Below, one piece after another: positions 9,409 to 19,250 of a stretch of 64,000 nucleotides of DNA. The notes under the pieces are model-generated. The model saw only the letters and a program-made list of their open reading frames with translations, was not told the DNA's origin and searched no databases. The stretch is from NCBI GenBank assembly GCA_965203175.1, contig OZ241867.1, positions 4,864,001-4,928,000 on the forward strand, read 5' to 3'. The position numbers were made by a program, and so were the translations under genes. This DNA is from Candidatus Latescibacterota bacterium (GTDB lineage: Bacteria; Latescibacterota; UBA2968; UBA8231). Each line of letters opens with the position of its first letter. Positions within the stretch are counted from its first letter, which is position 1.

Positions 9409-10785
9409 CTATCCCAACTGCTGCAGAACGCGCTCGACGACTCGGTCAAAGGCCATGGCCCGAGAGGCCTTGACTAAGACCACATCGCCGTGGCGCAATT
9501 GCGCCGCGGCGAATTCGCCAAGTTGCTCGGGTTGCTCGAAGTGGCGGGCCGCGTCTTGGGCCATGCCAGCCGCGCGAGCTGCAGCCACTAAGTGCGCACT
9601 TTCGCGACCAGCAGCCAGTAGGACATCGGCGCATGCGGCAGCCTGCTCGCCGACAGCCGCGTGCAATGAGCTGCTCTCCGCTCCGAGTTCCAGCATATCG
9701 CCGAGCACGGCGATTTTCCGCGTACCGGGCACGTCGCCGAGGAGGTCGAGTGCGGCCGACATCGAGCCAGGGCTGGCATTGTAGCAATCGTCGATTACTG
9801 CGATCCCATTTTTGCGCGCGATCTCGCCGCGCTGACTCACCGCCTGGAACTCGACGAGGGCACGCTGGATCCCTTCCCAAGGCACGCTGAGGATGCGACC
9901 GACGGCAGCCGCAGCCAAGGCGTTGTATGCGTTATGCCGCCCCGGGATATTGAGATCAATGGGAACATGGTGTAGAAGGAAGTGGCCGCAGCCCTTCTGG
10001 TCGAGTACGAGCCTCTCCCCACGAAACTCGCTCTCACGCGCAAAACCGAAGGTCAGGAGTCTCCCCTTTGTCCTTTTTACCTCCTGAGCCACGACACGGT
10101 CATCGGCGTTGACGAGAGCCGTTAAAGACTCGTCCATATAATCCAGAAGCTCCCCTTTGGCCTTGGCCACTCCTTCTACAGACCCAAAAAATTCTATATG
10201 TGCAGTCCCGATGTTGAGCAAAACCCCAATGGTAGGTTCGGCAACCGAACATAGGTAGCGAATGTCCCCTATCCGCCGCGCTGCCAGTTCCAAGACCACC
10301 GCCTCGTGACTCGGTGACAGTTGCAGCAATGTGCGGGGCACCCCTATCTCGTTGTTCTCGCTGCCGATGGTTTTCAAAACGCGGTACCGCTGCCCCAAGA
10401 CAGCGGCGATCATTTCCTTGGTCGTCGTCTTGCCCGCGCTGCCCACGACGGCCACCACCGGGACCTCCCAGCGCCGCCGATACGCTCGCGCTATATCGCC
10501 TAGTGCTTGTAGCGTCGAGTCAACGGCCAATAGCGGGCCGGGAGCCGCCCGGTCCAACCCTGGCCAACGGCGTTCCACTAAGGCCGCACACGCGCCGCGG
10601 GCAAAGGCGGCCTCGACGAAGTCGTGCCCGTCGAAACGCTCACCCCTTAGCGCGACGAACAGCTCGCCCTCGTCGATGGACCGGCTATCGGTCGCCACCG
10701 CTTGCAGGGCGCAATCCGGCTGGAGACTGCCTACCGGATCGGCAGCCGTCCACTGCACCATCTCGCTCAGGGTCACGGCGCGCAT
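9409..10785 (-). CDS. murF: UDP-N-acetylmuramoyl-tripeptide--D-Ala-D-Ala ligase
   Basis: DSR, GERFDGHDF, GSAGKTTTKE, NNEIGVP, DCYNASP, GDMLELG. Confidence 0.95.
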   Translation of the reverse strand: MRAVTLSEMVQWTAADPVGSLQPDCALQAVATDSRSIDEGELFVALRGERFDGHDFVEAAFARGACAALVERRWPGLDRAAPGPLLAVDSTLQALGDIARAYRRRWEVPVVAVVGSAGKTTTKEMIAAVLGQRYRVLKTIGSENNEIGVPRTLLQLSPSHEAVVLELAARRIGDIRYLCSVAEPTIGVLLNIGTAHIEFFGSVEGVAKAKGELLDYMDESLTALVNADDRVVAQEVKRTKGRLLTFGFARESEFRGERLVLDQKGCGHFLLHHVPIDLNIPGRHNAYNALAAAAVGRILSVPWEGIQRALVEFQAVSQRGEIARKNGIAVIDDCYNASPGSMSAALDLLGDVPGTRKIAVLGDMLELGAESSSLHAAVGEQAAACADVLLAAGRESAHLVAAARAAGMAQDAARHFEQPEQLGEFAAAQLRHGDVVLVKASRAMAFDRVVERVLQQLG

Positions 10786-12257
10786 AGCGGCTGTCCTTCC
10801 CCAGCGCGCAAACCCCGCAGCACGCGCCGCGCAACTTCGCGGTCGTCAAAGGCCACGACGCGGTCGGCCAGTTCCTGCTCCTGTTCGTGCCCCTTGCCGG
10901 CAATGACCACGACATCCCCGCTGTGTGCAGCGGCGAGGGCCATAGCAATCGCTTGTGCGCGGTCTGCCTCGCTGTGAACCTCGCTGCTGTCGGGCATGCC
11001 AGCGGCCATCTCGTCGATGATGCGCTGCGGGTCCTCGCTGCGTGGGTTGTCCGAAGTCAAGACCGTCCAATCGGCCAACTCGCCGGCGACGCGAGCCATC
11101 AGTGGTCGCTTGCCGCGATCTCGATCCCCACCGCAGCCGCAGACGCAAATCAAGTGGCCGCTCCCCAAGTCGCGGGCGGCGTGCAAAACCCTTTCCAGCG
11201 CGTCCGGGGTGTGAGCGTAATCCACGACGACCGCGAAGTCCTGCCCCTCGGCAATTCGCTCGCAGCGGCCTGGGACGCTGTCTAAGGCAGCCAATCCGTG
11301 GCACAGAGCTACAGCATCCAAATCCAAGGCCAATCCGGTAGCCACGACGGCCATAGTATTGTAGTAGTTGAAACGACCAATCAAATGCGTCTGCACCTCA
11401 ATGGAGCCGGCTGGGGTGTCCAAGCACAGGCGCGTTCCCTGCGGGCTAGCGTCTGCACGTTGCAACCGCACCTCGGCCTCTGGGCCGCAGCCGTACGTCA
11501 CGACGCGCGCCTGGGTCCTGCGGGCCAATTCGTCCGCGTGGGTGTCGTCGGCGTTAATCACCGCAATCGCGCCTTCTTGCAGGCATTCGAAAAGCCGGGC
11601 CTTGGCTGCAAAATACGCTTCCCAAGTCCCGTGAAAATCCAAGTGATCGCGCGTCAAATTGGTAAAGACCGCTGCCCGGAAGGGAATGCCTTCTACCCTC
11701 TTCAACGCCAACCCATGGGAAGATACCTCTAGCACGGCCGCTCGCTTGCCAGCATCGACGAGCCGACGCAGTAAGCCGTGTAACTGGATGGCCTCGGGCG
11801 TAGTATTGTCCATCTTCTCCAATTCGCCATCGCACCAAAACCCCAAAGTTCCCAAGTACCCGCACGGCAGGCCGGCGGCTTCGAGGGCACTCCTGAGTAA
11901 GAAAGCAGTAGTGGTCTTGCCGTTGGTGCCGGTGACGCCGACGTTGAGCAGCGCCTGTCCGGGAAAGGCGTAAAAGCGCGCCGCCATTCGGGCCAGCGCA
12001 GCCCGGCAGTCCGCCACCTGCACCCGCGTTACTCCAGTGCAATCGACCTGCTCCTCCACCATCACGGCGCGGGCACCGCGGGCTATGGCATGGTCGACAA
12101 AGCGGTGACGGTCCTGCTCCTGTCCTCCGCGCACGGCCACGAAAAAGTCGCCTTCCTCCACGCAGCGAGAATCACAGCGAATCTGCCCTAGATCAATATC
12201 TAGGTCACCCTCCACGCAGGCATCGGGTAGATCTTCGAGCAGGTACCTCAGTTCCAT
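10773..12257 (-). CDS. murE: UDP-N-acetylmuramoyl-L-alanyl-D-glutamate--meso-DAP ligase
   Basis: TGTNGKTTT, EVSSH, DYAHTPD, DNPR (meso-DAP specificity motif), GKGHE. Confidence 0.96.
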   Translation of the reverse strand: MELRYLLEDLPDACVEGDLDIDLGQIRCDSRCVEEGDFFVAVRGGQEQDRHRFVDHAIARGARAVMVEEQVDCTGVTRVQVADCRAALARMAARFYAFPGQALLNVGVTGTNGKTTTAFLLRSALEAAGLPCGYLGTLGFWCDGELEKMDNTTPEAIQLHGLLRRLVDAGKRAAVLEVSSHGLALKRVEGIPFRAAVFTNLTRDHLDFHGTWEAYFAAKARLFECLQEGAIAVINADDTHADELARRTQARVVTYGCGPEAEVRLQRADASPQGTRLCLDTPAGSIEVQTHLIGRFNYYNTMAVVATGLALDLDAVALCHGLAALDSVPGRCERIAEGQDFAVVVDYAHTPDALERVLHAARDLGSGHLICVCGCGGDRDRGKRPLMARVAGELADWTVLTSDNPRSEDPQRIIDEMAAGMPDSSEVHSEADRAQAIAMALAAAHSGDVVVIAGKGHEQEQELADRVVAFDDREVARRVLRGLRAGEGQPLCAP

Positions 12258-14222
12258 CTAAGTACCCCTCGGATCTTGGGCTGGAATGTTTCCGACAAGG
12301 CGCGCCTGCTGCATTTTCCACGGGCTGCGGGTAACCCTATCGCCCAGCGTACAGTTAATCCGCTCGACGTGACCGGCTCGACCCGGCAAGGGCGATTGAC
12401 TCAGGACCACGGTGCCTGAGCCAGAAAAGACGACTGGCAATCCCCGCATCTGCGCTTGGAAACGGGCTACAGCTTGAGGCATGCCGCGCAGGTCTGGCAC
12501 GGCTGGCTCCTCTTTCTGCGGATGTTTGGCCGCTGGCTCTACCAACAGACCGCCGGGCAGGCTGATGATCCGCTTCATCACCTGCCGAAAGGCCGGGGCT
12601 GCCACGTATCCTCCCCACCCGTTCACACGGGGGTTTTCGACCATAATTACGCACACGTACTGAGGATTATCAGCCGGCAGGAAGCCGACGAATGAGGCAA
12701 TGCTGGCGTTGGGGTCGTACCCGCTGCCATCGGCTAAGGCGCGCTGAGCCGTCCCCGTTTTTCCAGCCACAGCCACGCCCTTGATGTGGGCCTTTTGCCC
12801 AGTGCCGTTTTCCACGACTCTGGTCAGCACCTCACTCAGTGTCATCGCCGTCTGTCGGCTTACGACCCGGCGGATCGGCTGAGGACCGCCGCGAGCTTCG
12901 AGCTGACCGTTCGAGCCAATCGTCCCGGCGATGATCCGCGGTGCCATCAACACACCGCCGTTGGCAATAGCTCCGTACGCCATGGCGAGTTGTAGGGCCG
13001 TCACGCCGATTTCCTGCCCAATGGCGATGGTTGGCAGCGACCGCTTGGACCACAGATTGACCTCCTGTAATAGACCAGACGTTTCCGCCGGCAAGTCAAT
13101 GCCGGTGCGAATGGCAAAGCCAAAGTTGCGGATATGTTCGTAAAAGCGGTGCCTCGACAGCCGCTGTGCCAACTTGATAGTACCGATGTTGCTCGATTTT
13201 TCTAAGACCTGAGTAAAGAGCAAATCGCCGTGGGGCTGGATATCGCGGATGGTGTCCCGATTGGCCAACCTAAACGTCCCCCACCCGCAAAAGATGCGAT
13301 CCTGTAGGCTAGTCAGCCCGTCTTCAAGGACGGCGGCGGCCGTTATAACTTTGAAGGTCGAACCAGGTTCGTACACGTCGGTTATCGCGCGGTTGCGCCT
13401 GAGTTCCGGCGACGAGTGGGAAGCCCTATTGGGATCGAAAAGCGGCAAGTTGGCCACAGCCAGCACCTCACCGCTGCGCGGGGCGATGATGACGCCCAAA
13501 GCTCCTTGGGCCTTTGAGCCGTCGATGGCTCGTTGCAACTCTTCCTCAAGAATACCCTGATAGACCGCGTCGAGGGTCAGCACCAAGTCGCGACCGTGTT
13601 CCGGCTCCTCGCGTCGCTGCTGTCGGCCGGGCAATTGCTTGCCTCGCGCATCGACGTATCCCAATATGGAACCGTTCTTTTCGCGCAGAATGTCGTCAAA
13701 GGCCCGCTCAATCCCCTCGCGGCCGCTGTTGTCGATATTAGTGTGTCCAATGAGTTGACCGGCCAGCGGCCCCAAGGGGTAGTGGCGACGGGTCTCCGGT
13801 TCTTGGAATACTCCGGCGTACGACACCGCGCCCACATCCGCGTCAACTACTTGGCGCGCCAAATAGACAAACGGCTTGTCCCCGCGCAGTTGGCGCTCAA
13901 TAAACTCGGCCCGTTTACCGCTCAAGGACGCAAAGTAGGCAGCTACGCGCTTGGGGTCCTCGATCTGATTGGGATGAGCGTAAAAAGATGTGGCTGGGAC
14001 ATCTACGGCCAAGTTGTTGCCGCGCCGGTCTACGATTCGGCCCCGATTCGCTTTCAATTCAACGCGTCGCTGGTACTGCTCGAGAGCCTCGGCGCTGTAC
14101 GCCTCGTGCCTGAAGATCTGGATTTGAACAAGTCGTACAGACAAACCCAACCACGCTATTGCGCCTATAACCACGACCAAACGCAGCCGATTAATACCCG
14201 TATGTTGTACCCGTGGCCCCAT
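12258..14222 (-). CDS. ftsI: Penicillin-binding protein 3/FtsI with PASTA domain
   Basis: EPGSTFK (SxxK), SSN, KTGT and a C-terminal PASTA-like VPDLRG; start overlaps the ftsL stop (TGATG). Confidence 0.93.
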   Translation of the reverse strand: MGPRVQHTGINRLRLVVVIGAIAWLGLSVRLVQIQIFRHEAYSAEALEQYQRRVELKANRGRIVDRRGNNLAVDVPATSFYAHPNQIEDPKRVAAYFASLSGKRAEFIERQLRGDKPFVYLARQVVDADVGAVSYAGVFQEPETRRHYPLGPLAGQLIGHTNIDNSGREGIERAFDDILREKNGSILGYVDARGKQLPGRQQRREEPEHGRDLVLTLDAVYQGILEEELQRAIDGSKAQGALGVIIAPRSGEVLAVANLPLFDPNRASHSSPELRRNRAITDVYEPGSTFKVITAAAVLEDGLTSLQDRIFCGWGTFRLANRDTIRDIQPHGDLLFTQVLEKSSNIGTIKLAQRLSRHRFYEHIRNFGFAIRTGIDLPAETSGLLQEVNLWSKRSLPTIAIGQEIGVTALQLAMAYGAIANGGVLMAPRIIAGTIGSNGQLEARGGPQPIRRVVSRQTAMTLSEVLTRVVENGTGQKAHIKGVAVAGKTGTAQRALADGSGYDPNASIASFVGFLPADNPQYVCVIMVENPRVNGWGGYVAAPAFRQVMKRIISLPGGLLVEPAAKHPQKEEPAVPDLRGMPQAVARFQAQMRGLPVVFSGSGTVVLSQSPLPGRAGHVERINCTLGDRVTRSPWKMQQARLVGNIPAQDPRGT

Positions 14223-14521
14223 CAATCGCCTTCCCAATGCGCCAATGCGCCTCCCATGTCATCCACAGCTTGCGAGGGATAGACCATGCCGAGTTGGCCG
14301 AAGGCCACTTTCTCGACAAAGCCGGAGTTTTTTTGTACCAAGATGGCAGCTAATAACCTGGTGCGCGCTCTATCGAGCTCAACTATTTGCGTCTCAGCCG
14401 TAATAATGCCGCCGGCCACTCGGGCCATTTCGACTTTTTGCCAGACGTGGAAGAGGGCCGCCCCGGCTAGCATCCCTATAAGGAGCACGTACTTCGCACA
14501 GGAAATTCCGCTTCTGGTCAT
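14222..14521 (-). CDS. ftsL: Putative cell division protein FtsL
   Basis: 99 aa with a TM helix, coiled coil and VEKVA..LGM; canonical position between rsmH and ftsI. Confidence 0.7.
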   Translation of the reverse strand: MTRSGISCAKYVLLIGMLAGAALFHVWQKVEMARVAGGIITAETQIVELDRARTRLLAAILVQKNSGFVEKVAFGQLGMVYPSQAVDDMGGALAHWEGD

Positions 14522-14522
14522 A

Positions 14523-15455
14523 TTAGCCTGCCTCGGTTTTTTCGTAAATTCTCAAAATGGCACTGCGAGCCCGAGAATTTTGCTCGACTTCGGCCTTGCT
14601 CGCCCGCTGCAATTTGTACCCCACTCGCTTGAACGACGGCTTGCGTCCGCAGGTACAGATGGGCACGCGTGGAGGACAAATGCAGCCGCGCATCAGCGCC
14701 GCGAGATGTTGCTTGACCAAGCGATCTTCCAAAGAGTGATAGGCCATGACGATCAACCGGCCACCGGGCTTCAGTTCTGTCTCCATAGCTACCAACCCCG
14801 CTTGTAACTGCCCCAACTCGTCGTTGACGGCAATGCGCAGTGCTTGGAATACGCGCGCCAGCGTCTTGTTGAGCATCCGAGGCCGCGTGGTCGCTACGGC
14901 TTCCCGCAAAGCGCGTGTAGTAACTAAGGGCGCGAGTCGCTGCTGCCGGCAGATTGCGCGCGCAATCTGCCGCGCCGCGCGATCTTCCCCGTAGCGTGCA
15001 ATCAGCTCGGCTAACTCGGCCTCGCTGCATGCTGCGATCAATTCGGCGGCTGTAAGACCTACTTCCGCATCCATCCGCATATCGAGCGGTCCGTCGACCT
15101 GATAGCTGAATCCCCGATCTGGTGCGTTGATCTGGTGCGACGAAACCCCTAAGTCGAACAGGGCTCCGCTCAACGGCCCGATCCCCTCCTGCGCCAGCAA
15201 CTCGCTCAATTCGGCAAAGCGGCCTTGTCTCACGACGACCCGCGTATCTGTATCTGCTGCCAACCTCGCTCGCGCTGCCGCTACGGCCTCCCGGTCCCGA
15301 TCTACTGCAAGTAACCTCCCCTTGGGGCCGAGAGCCTGAAGCAATGCCCAACTGTGGCCGCCACCGCCGACCGTCGCATCCACGTACGCTCCGTCCGGGT
15401 CGGCGACCAGCCCCGCGACCACTTCCTCGACCATGACCGGGATGTGGTACTCCAT
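14523..15455 (-). CDS. rsmH: 16S rRNA m4C1402 methyltransferase
   Basis: HIPVM, DATVGGGGHS, DLGVSSHQ, FQALRIAVN, HSLEDR. Confidence 0.97.
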   Translation of the reverse strand: MEYHIPVMVEEVVAGLVADPDGAYVDATVGGGGHSWALLQALGPKGRLLAVDRDREAVAAARARLAADTDTRVVVRQGRFAELSELLAQEGIGPLSGALFDLGVSSHQINAPDRGFSYQVDGPLDMRMDAEVGLTAAELIAACSEAELAELIARYGEDRAARQIARAICRQQRLAPLVTTRALREAVATTRPRMLNKTLARVFQALRIAVNDELGQLQAGLVAMETELKPGGRLIVMAYHSLEDRLVKQHLAALMRGCICPPRVPICTCGRKPSFKRVGYKLQRASKAEVEQNSRARSAILRIYEKTEAG

Positions 15456-15467
15456 AGTTCATAAGGT

Positions 15468-15911
15468 TTAAAGGTCTATCGCAAAGTCTTCCAAGCTATC
15501 GGCAAGATCTTCCATCGGCGGAAAATCATCGCTGTTTTCTGGGCTCCAAAACTCCAATTTGTCCAACGCACCAATGATGACCATCTGGTTCGTGATGCCG
15601 GCCTTAGCCAGCAGCTTGCGTGGGATGCCGGTCCGCCCCTGTCGGTCTAGTTTCACTTCTGCCGCATGCGAAACCATGGAGCGGATGAAGGTCCGCGCCT
15701 CGCGTTTAGTCGTCGGCAAGCGCAAGAGCTGTTCGGCTTTCGCTTCCCACTCGGGCCGGGAGTAGGCCACCAAGCAGTTGTCGAACCCACGCAGTACCAC
15801 GAGCGTGTCGTCGGCTTCTGGAGGCAGCTTCTTGCGGAACTCCGCCGGCACAAAAATCCGCCCCTTGTCGTCGACGGGAACCTCGTGTCTACCTGTGAAA
15901 AACTGTGCCAT
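15468..15911 (-). CDS. mraZ: Transcriptional regulator MraZ
   Basis: Two DxxGR motifs (DDKGR, DRQGR); first gene of the dcw cluster. Confidence 0.95.
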   Translation of the reverse strand: MAQFFTGRHEVPVDDKGRIFVPAEFRKKLPPEADDTLVVLRGFDNCLVAYSRPEWEAKAEQLLRLPTTKREARTFIRSMVSHAAEVKLDRQGRTGIPRKLLAKAGITNQMVIIGALDKLEFWSPENSDDFPPMEDLADSLEDFAIDL

Positions 15912-15940
15912 TTGATGCTCATATCAAGTCAAAATTCCCG

Positions 15941-15975
15941 TTCCACCACTTTCCACCACTTTCCACCACATCCCA
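15941..15975 (-). promoter_or_regulatory. MraZ operator: 10-bp-periodic GTGG direct repeats
   Basis: ttccaccact-ttccaccact-ttccaccaca-tccca immediately upstream of mraZ, matching known MraZ-box periodicity. Confidence 0.85.
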
Positions 15976-16058
15976 ATAATACACCTATACCAACGAGACG
16001 GCAAGCATAATTTTCCTACTATTTTTCAAATAGATACGGCCATTTCAAGCCTCTTTAT

Positions 16059-16093
16059 ACACTTATTTGTGTATATATCACACTTATTTGTGT
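16059..16093. repeat. 14-bp direct repeat ACACTTATTTGTGT x2, 21-bp period
   Basis: Copies at 16059-16072 and 16080-16093 in the AT-rich region upstream of mraZ. Confidence 0.75.
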
Positions 16094-16151
16094 GCTTCTC
16101 AATTACCGTCTGCTCTCTTTAATTATCACCTCTACTGTCATATTGACATAG

Positions 16152-16187
16152 AAAAAGGGTTGGCCACCGCGTGGTCCAACCCTTTTT
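16152..16187. terminator. Bidirectional intrinsic terminator downstream of trmB
   Basis: AAAAAGGGTTGG...CCAACCCTTTTT hairpin with A/T tracts on both sides. Confidence 0.8.
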
Positions 16188-16208
16188 GCTTTGTACTCGG
16201 CGGATAAT

Positions 16209-16811
16209 TTACGTCGGCATCTTCTCCATAACCCGGCGGTAAATCGGCTTACCCTGTGCGAGGAACTTGTCTTCGTAATTGGTCCGCACCCCCAGCCACT
16301 CAACATCCGTCTCCACTAAACACGAACTGGTTTCCAACGCGGCGAGCATGACGTCGAAATAGTCGGCGTAATCCGTGGCTAGCCACAACCGACCTCCCAC
16401 GCACAAAGTGCGCTCGACTTCGCGCAGAAATTCCTCGTTAAAGAGTCGCCGCTTGTGATGCCGCTTCTTGGGCCAAGGATCGGGAAAGTAGATGTGATAA
16501 GCCCGCACCGATGCAGCAGCCACGAAGAACTCGACGAATTCCCGCGCATCCAAGTGCGCGAACCGCACGTTGTCGAGGTTGCGGCGCGCAGCGCGCTGGC
16601 AGGCAATGCGCAAGTATTTGGCTGCCCATTCGACCCCGACAAAATTCACTGCGGGCTGGCGGCTGGCCGCGTCGATGATAAAGCGCCCCTTGCCAATACC
16701 GATTTCGATCTCCACCGGCTGGTCGTTGTCGAAAACCTCCCGCCAATCCAACATCGGATCTTGGTCTGGGTTATCTGGTAACGCCAAAAAACCGTCCCCG
16801 GTCTGCTCCAT
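16209..16811 (-). CDS. trmB: tRNA (guanine-N7)-methyltransferase
   Basis: EIGIGKG, FPDPWPKKRHHKRR, ATD, TNYEDKF; start uncertain. Confidence 0.95.
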   Translation of the reverse strand: MEQTGDGFLALPDNPDQDPMLDWREVFDNDQPVEIEIGIGKGRFIIDAASRQPAVNFVGVEWAAKYLRIACQRAARRNLDNVRFAHLDAREFVEFFVAAASVRAYHIYFPDPWPKKRHHKRRLFNEEFLREVERTLCVGGRLWLATDYADYFDVMLAALETSSCLVETDVEWLGVRTNYEDKFLAQGKPIYRRVMEKMPT

Positions 16812-16822
16812 CAAATGCTCCC

Positions 16823-16858
16823 AAAAGAAAAGGCGCTCCCTAGGAGAGAGGGAGCGCC
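16823..16858 (-). terminator. Intrinsic terminator after moeB
   Basis: GGCGCTCCCT/AGGGAGCGCC stem followed on the minus strand by TTTTCTTTT. Confidence 0.75.
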
Positions 16859-16883
16859 GTACAAACAATACTGCGAATCGAGA

Positions 16884-18071
16884 TCAACCGGCGGCTTCGC
16901 TATGCGAGGGTAGGCCGCAAAACTGCTCGTAGTCAATCAACTCGGTAACGGTCGGGTTGTCGCCGCACACCGGGCACTCGCTGTCGTGCCTGAGCTTGAG
17001 TTCGCGGAATTTCATCTCCAGCGCGTCGTAGAGCATCACTCTCCCCACCAAGGAGGTACCCTGTCCCAATAGTAGCTTGACGACCTCGGTGGCCTGCATC
17101 AGCCCGATGATGCCAGGCAAGACTCCTAAGACCCCACCCTCGGCGCAACTCGGCACCTCCCCGGGTGGCGGCGGTTCGGGATAGAGGCAGCGATAGCACG
17201 GGCCGTCCCCGGGCACGTACACGGTGGCTTGGCCCTCAAAGCGAAAGATACTGCCGTCAACCACGGGCTTTTTCTGCATAACAGCCGCATCGTTGACCAA
17301 ATAGCGGGTTGGGAAGTTGTCGCAGCCATTGACCACGATGTCGTAGCCGTCCATGATCTCGAAAATATTGTGCGACGTCAGCAACTCGTAGTGCGGGTGT
17401 ATCTCGATGCCGGGGTTGATGTCGAGCAACCGGTCGCGGGCGGCCTCGACCTTGGGCCGACCGAGATCGGACTCGCCGAAAAGCACTTGCCGCTGCAAGT
17501 TGCTCTTATCGACGACATCGGCATCTACCAAGCCGATCTTGCCGACGCCGGCCGCGGCCAGATACAGGGCCGTCGGGCAACCCAATCCACCCGCCCCCAC
17601 CAGCAATACCCGGCCCTTGAGCAACTGTTGCTGGCCCTTCTCCCCTACTTCGGGCAGGATGAGATGCCGGGCGTAGCGCTGCGAGTCTTCTTCGGAGAGC
17701 AGGCCGCCCTGCTCGATTTCGTAGCCGGCGTCCTTCCAGCCTTTGATGCCACCGATCATGGACTTGGCATTGGCGTAGCCCATAAAGGTCAAATCGCGCG
17801 CTGCCAAGGCCGAGCGGTTGCCCCCGGCGCAATAGAGCACGATTTCTGCGTCGCGATCTACGGTCACGTCTTCTTCTACGTTGAGCTCTAAAAAACCGCG
17901 TGGGATCAACTCAGCCCCGGGGATATAGCCGTCCATGACCTCTTCCCGCTCGCGCACGTCTATGAGGTGAACCGGCCGGCCAGCCTGGAGGGCCGCTTGG
18001 ACCTCAATCGGAGTTACTTCGGCGATTTCGGCCTTTACGCTCTCTAGTAGTTGGTTGGATGTAACAGTCAT
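16884..18071 (-). CDS. moeB: Rhodanese-ThiF/MoeB adenylyltransferase-sulfurtransferase (MoeZ-like, N-terminal rhodanese)
   Basis: Rhodanese loop CAGGNRS, followed by RYARH, GAGGLG, SNLQRQ, CYRC and CPVC. Confidence 0.92.
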   Translation of the reverse strand: MTVTSNQLLESVKAEIAEVTPIEVQAALQAGRPVHLIDVREREEVMDGYIPGAELIPRGFLELNVEEDVTVDRDAEIVLYCAGGNRSALAARDLTFMGYANAKSMIGGIKGWKDAGYEIEQGGLLSEEDSQRYARHLILPEVGEKGQQQLLKGRVLLVGAGGLGCPTALYLAAAGVGKIGLVDADVVDKSNLQRQVLFGESDLGRPKVEAARDRLLDINPGIEIHPHYELLTSHNIFEIMDGYDIVVNGCDNFPTRYLVNDAAVMQKKPVVDGSIFRFEGQATVYVPGDGPCYRCLYPEPPPPGEVPSCAEGGVLGVLPGIIGLMQATEVVKLLLGQGTSLVGRVMLYDALEMKFRELKLRHDSECPVCGDNPTVTELIDYEQFCGLPSHSEAAG

Positions 18072-19240
18072 ATTCTCTCCTCGATTGCTAATGTACCGTC
18101 GCGCAAGCGCTCGACCTGAGCAACGGTGCGGTCAATGGCAAATTCTACTTCTGCCATAGTATTAAAACGTCCCAACCCAAAGCGCAGAGAAGCTCGCGCC
18201 AAATCGTCGCTGGAGCCGATGGCTCTGAGGACGTGTGAGGGCGCGGCAGTCCGCGATGAACAGGCCGCGCCCGAAGACAACGCGATCTCGCGCAATCCCA
18301 AGAGTAATTCGGTTCCGTCCACCCCGGGAAAACTCACGTTGAGATTGCCCGGCAGGCGCTCTTCCGCATGGCCATTGACGACTAAGGGGCCAAGCGCAGC
18401 CTCCAGCCCGGCACACAGCCGTCGCCGCATTTGAATCAATCGCGCCGCTTCCTCGGTCATCTCCTCGCGCCCCAACTGACAGGCACGCCCTAAACCGACA
18501 ATGCCCGGCACATTGAGAGTGCCGCCACGCAGGCCGCGCTCTTGCCCACCGCCCTCGACTTGGGTCTGCAAGCGCACGCGCGGCTTGCGCGAACGCACGT
18601 AGAGGAAGCCGACGCCCTTGGGAGCGTAGAGTTTGTGGCCAGAAGCCGAGAGCAGGTCGATGCCGAGCGCTTCCACATCGAGCGGTACCTTGCCGACGGC
18701 TTGGGCTGCGTCGCAGTGCCACAAGACGCCGCGCTCGCGGGCCAGCCGTCCGATCGCCGCCAGCGGCTGCAAGGCCCCAATCTCGTTGTTGGCAGCCATG
18801 AGCGAAATGAGGACCGTCCGCGGCGTGATGGCCGCCGCGAGCTGGTCGAGGTCAATCTGACCGTAGCGGTTCACAGGCAAATAAGTTATCTCCACCCCTT
18901 GCTTTTCCAAGGTGTGGCAACACTCTAAGACGGCCTTGTGCTCAGTGGCACAGGTGACGATGTGCGGTCCAGGGGGTACCCTCTGAATCGCGCCTTTGAT
19001 GGCCAAATTGTTGGCCTCTGTAGCCCCGGCCGTAAAGACGATCTCCTGAGCGCGCGCGCCGATTAACCCAGCCACTTCTTCCCGCGCCTTTTCGACCGCG
19101 TCGGCGGCGGCCAAACCAAAGGCGTGGGTCTTGCTGGACGCATTGCCGAAATGCGTGTCGAAGTACGGCAACATGTCCGCCAAGACGCGCGGGTCAACCG
19201 GCGTGGTGGCCATGTTGTCCATATAAACTGGAATTTGCAC
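18068..19240 (-). CDS. iscS: Cysteine desulfurase (IscS/NifS group I)
   Basis: DNMATTP, GATEANN, SGHK (PLP lysine), SSGAACSS catalytic Cys; start approximate. Confidence 0.93.
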   Translation of the reverse strand: MQIPVYMDNMATTPVDPRVLADMLPYFDTHFGNASSKTHAFGLAAADAVEKAREEVAGLIGARAQEIVFTAGATEANNLAIKGAIQRVPPGPHIVTCATEHKAVLECCHTLEKQGVEITYLPVNRYGQIDLDQLAAAITPRTVLISLMAANNEIGALQPLAAIGRLARERGVLWHCDAAQAVGKVPLDVEALGIDLLSASGHKLYAPKGVGFLYVRSRKPRVRLQTQVEGGGQERGLRGGTLNVPGIVGLGRACQLGREEMTEEAARLIQMRRRLCAGLEAALGPLVVNGHAEERLPGNLNVSFPGVDGTELLLGLREIALSSGAACSSRTAAPSHVLRAIGSSDDLARASLRFGLGRFNTMAEVEFAIDRTVAQVERLRDGTLAIEERI

Positions 19241-19250
19241 AGCCCGTCGC

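Noticed and set aside
14518-15462. 314-aa alternate-frame ORF over rsmH
   Set aside because: Arg/Gly/Ser-rich frame shadow of an intact rsmH.
15941-15975. 10-bp tandem repeats as a possible CRISPR or iteron array
   Set aside because: No spacers, too short, and explained as MraZ boxes.
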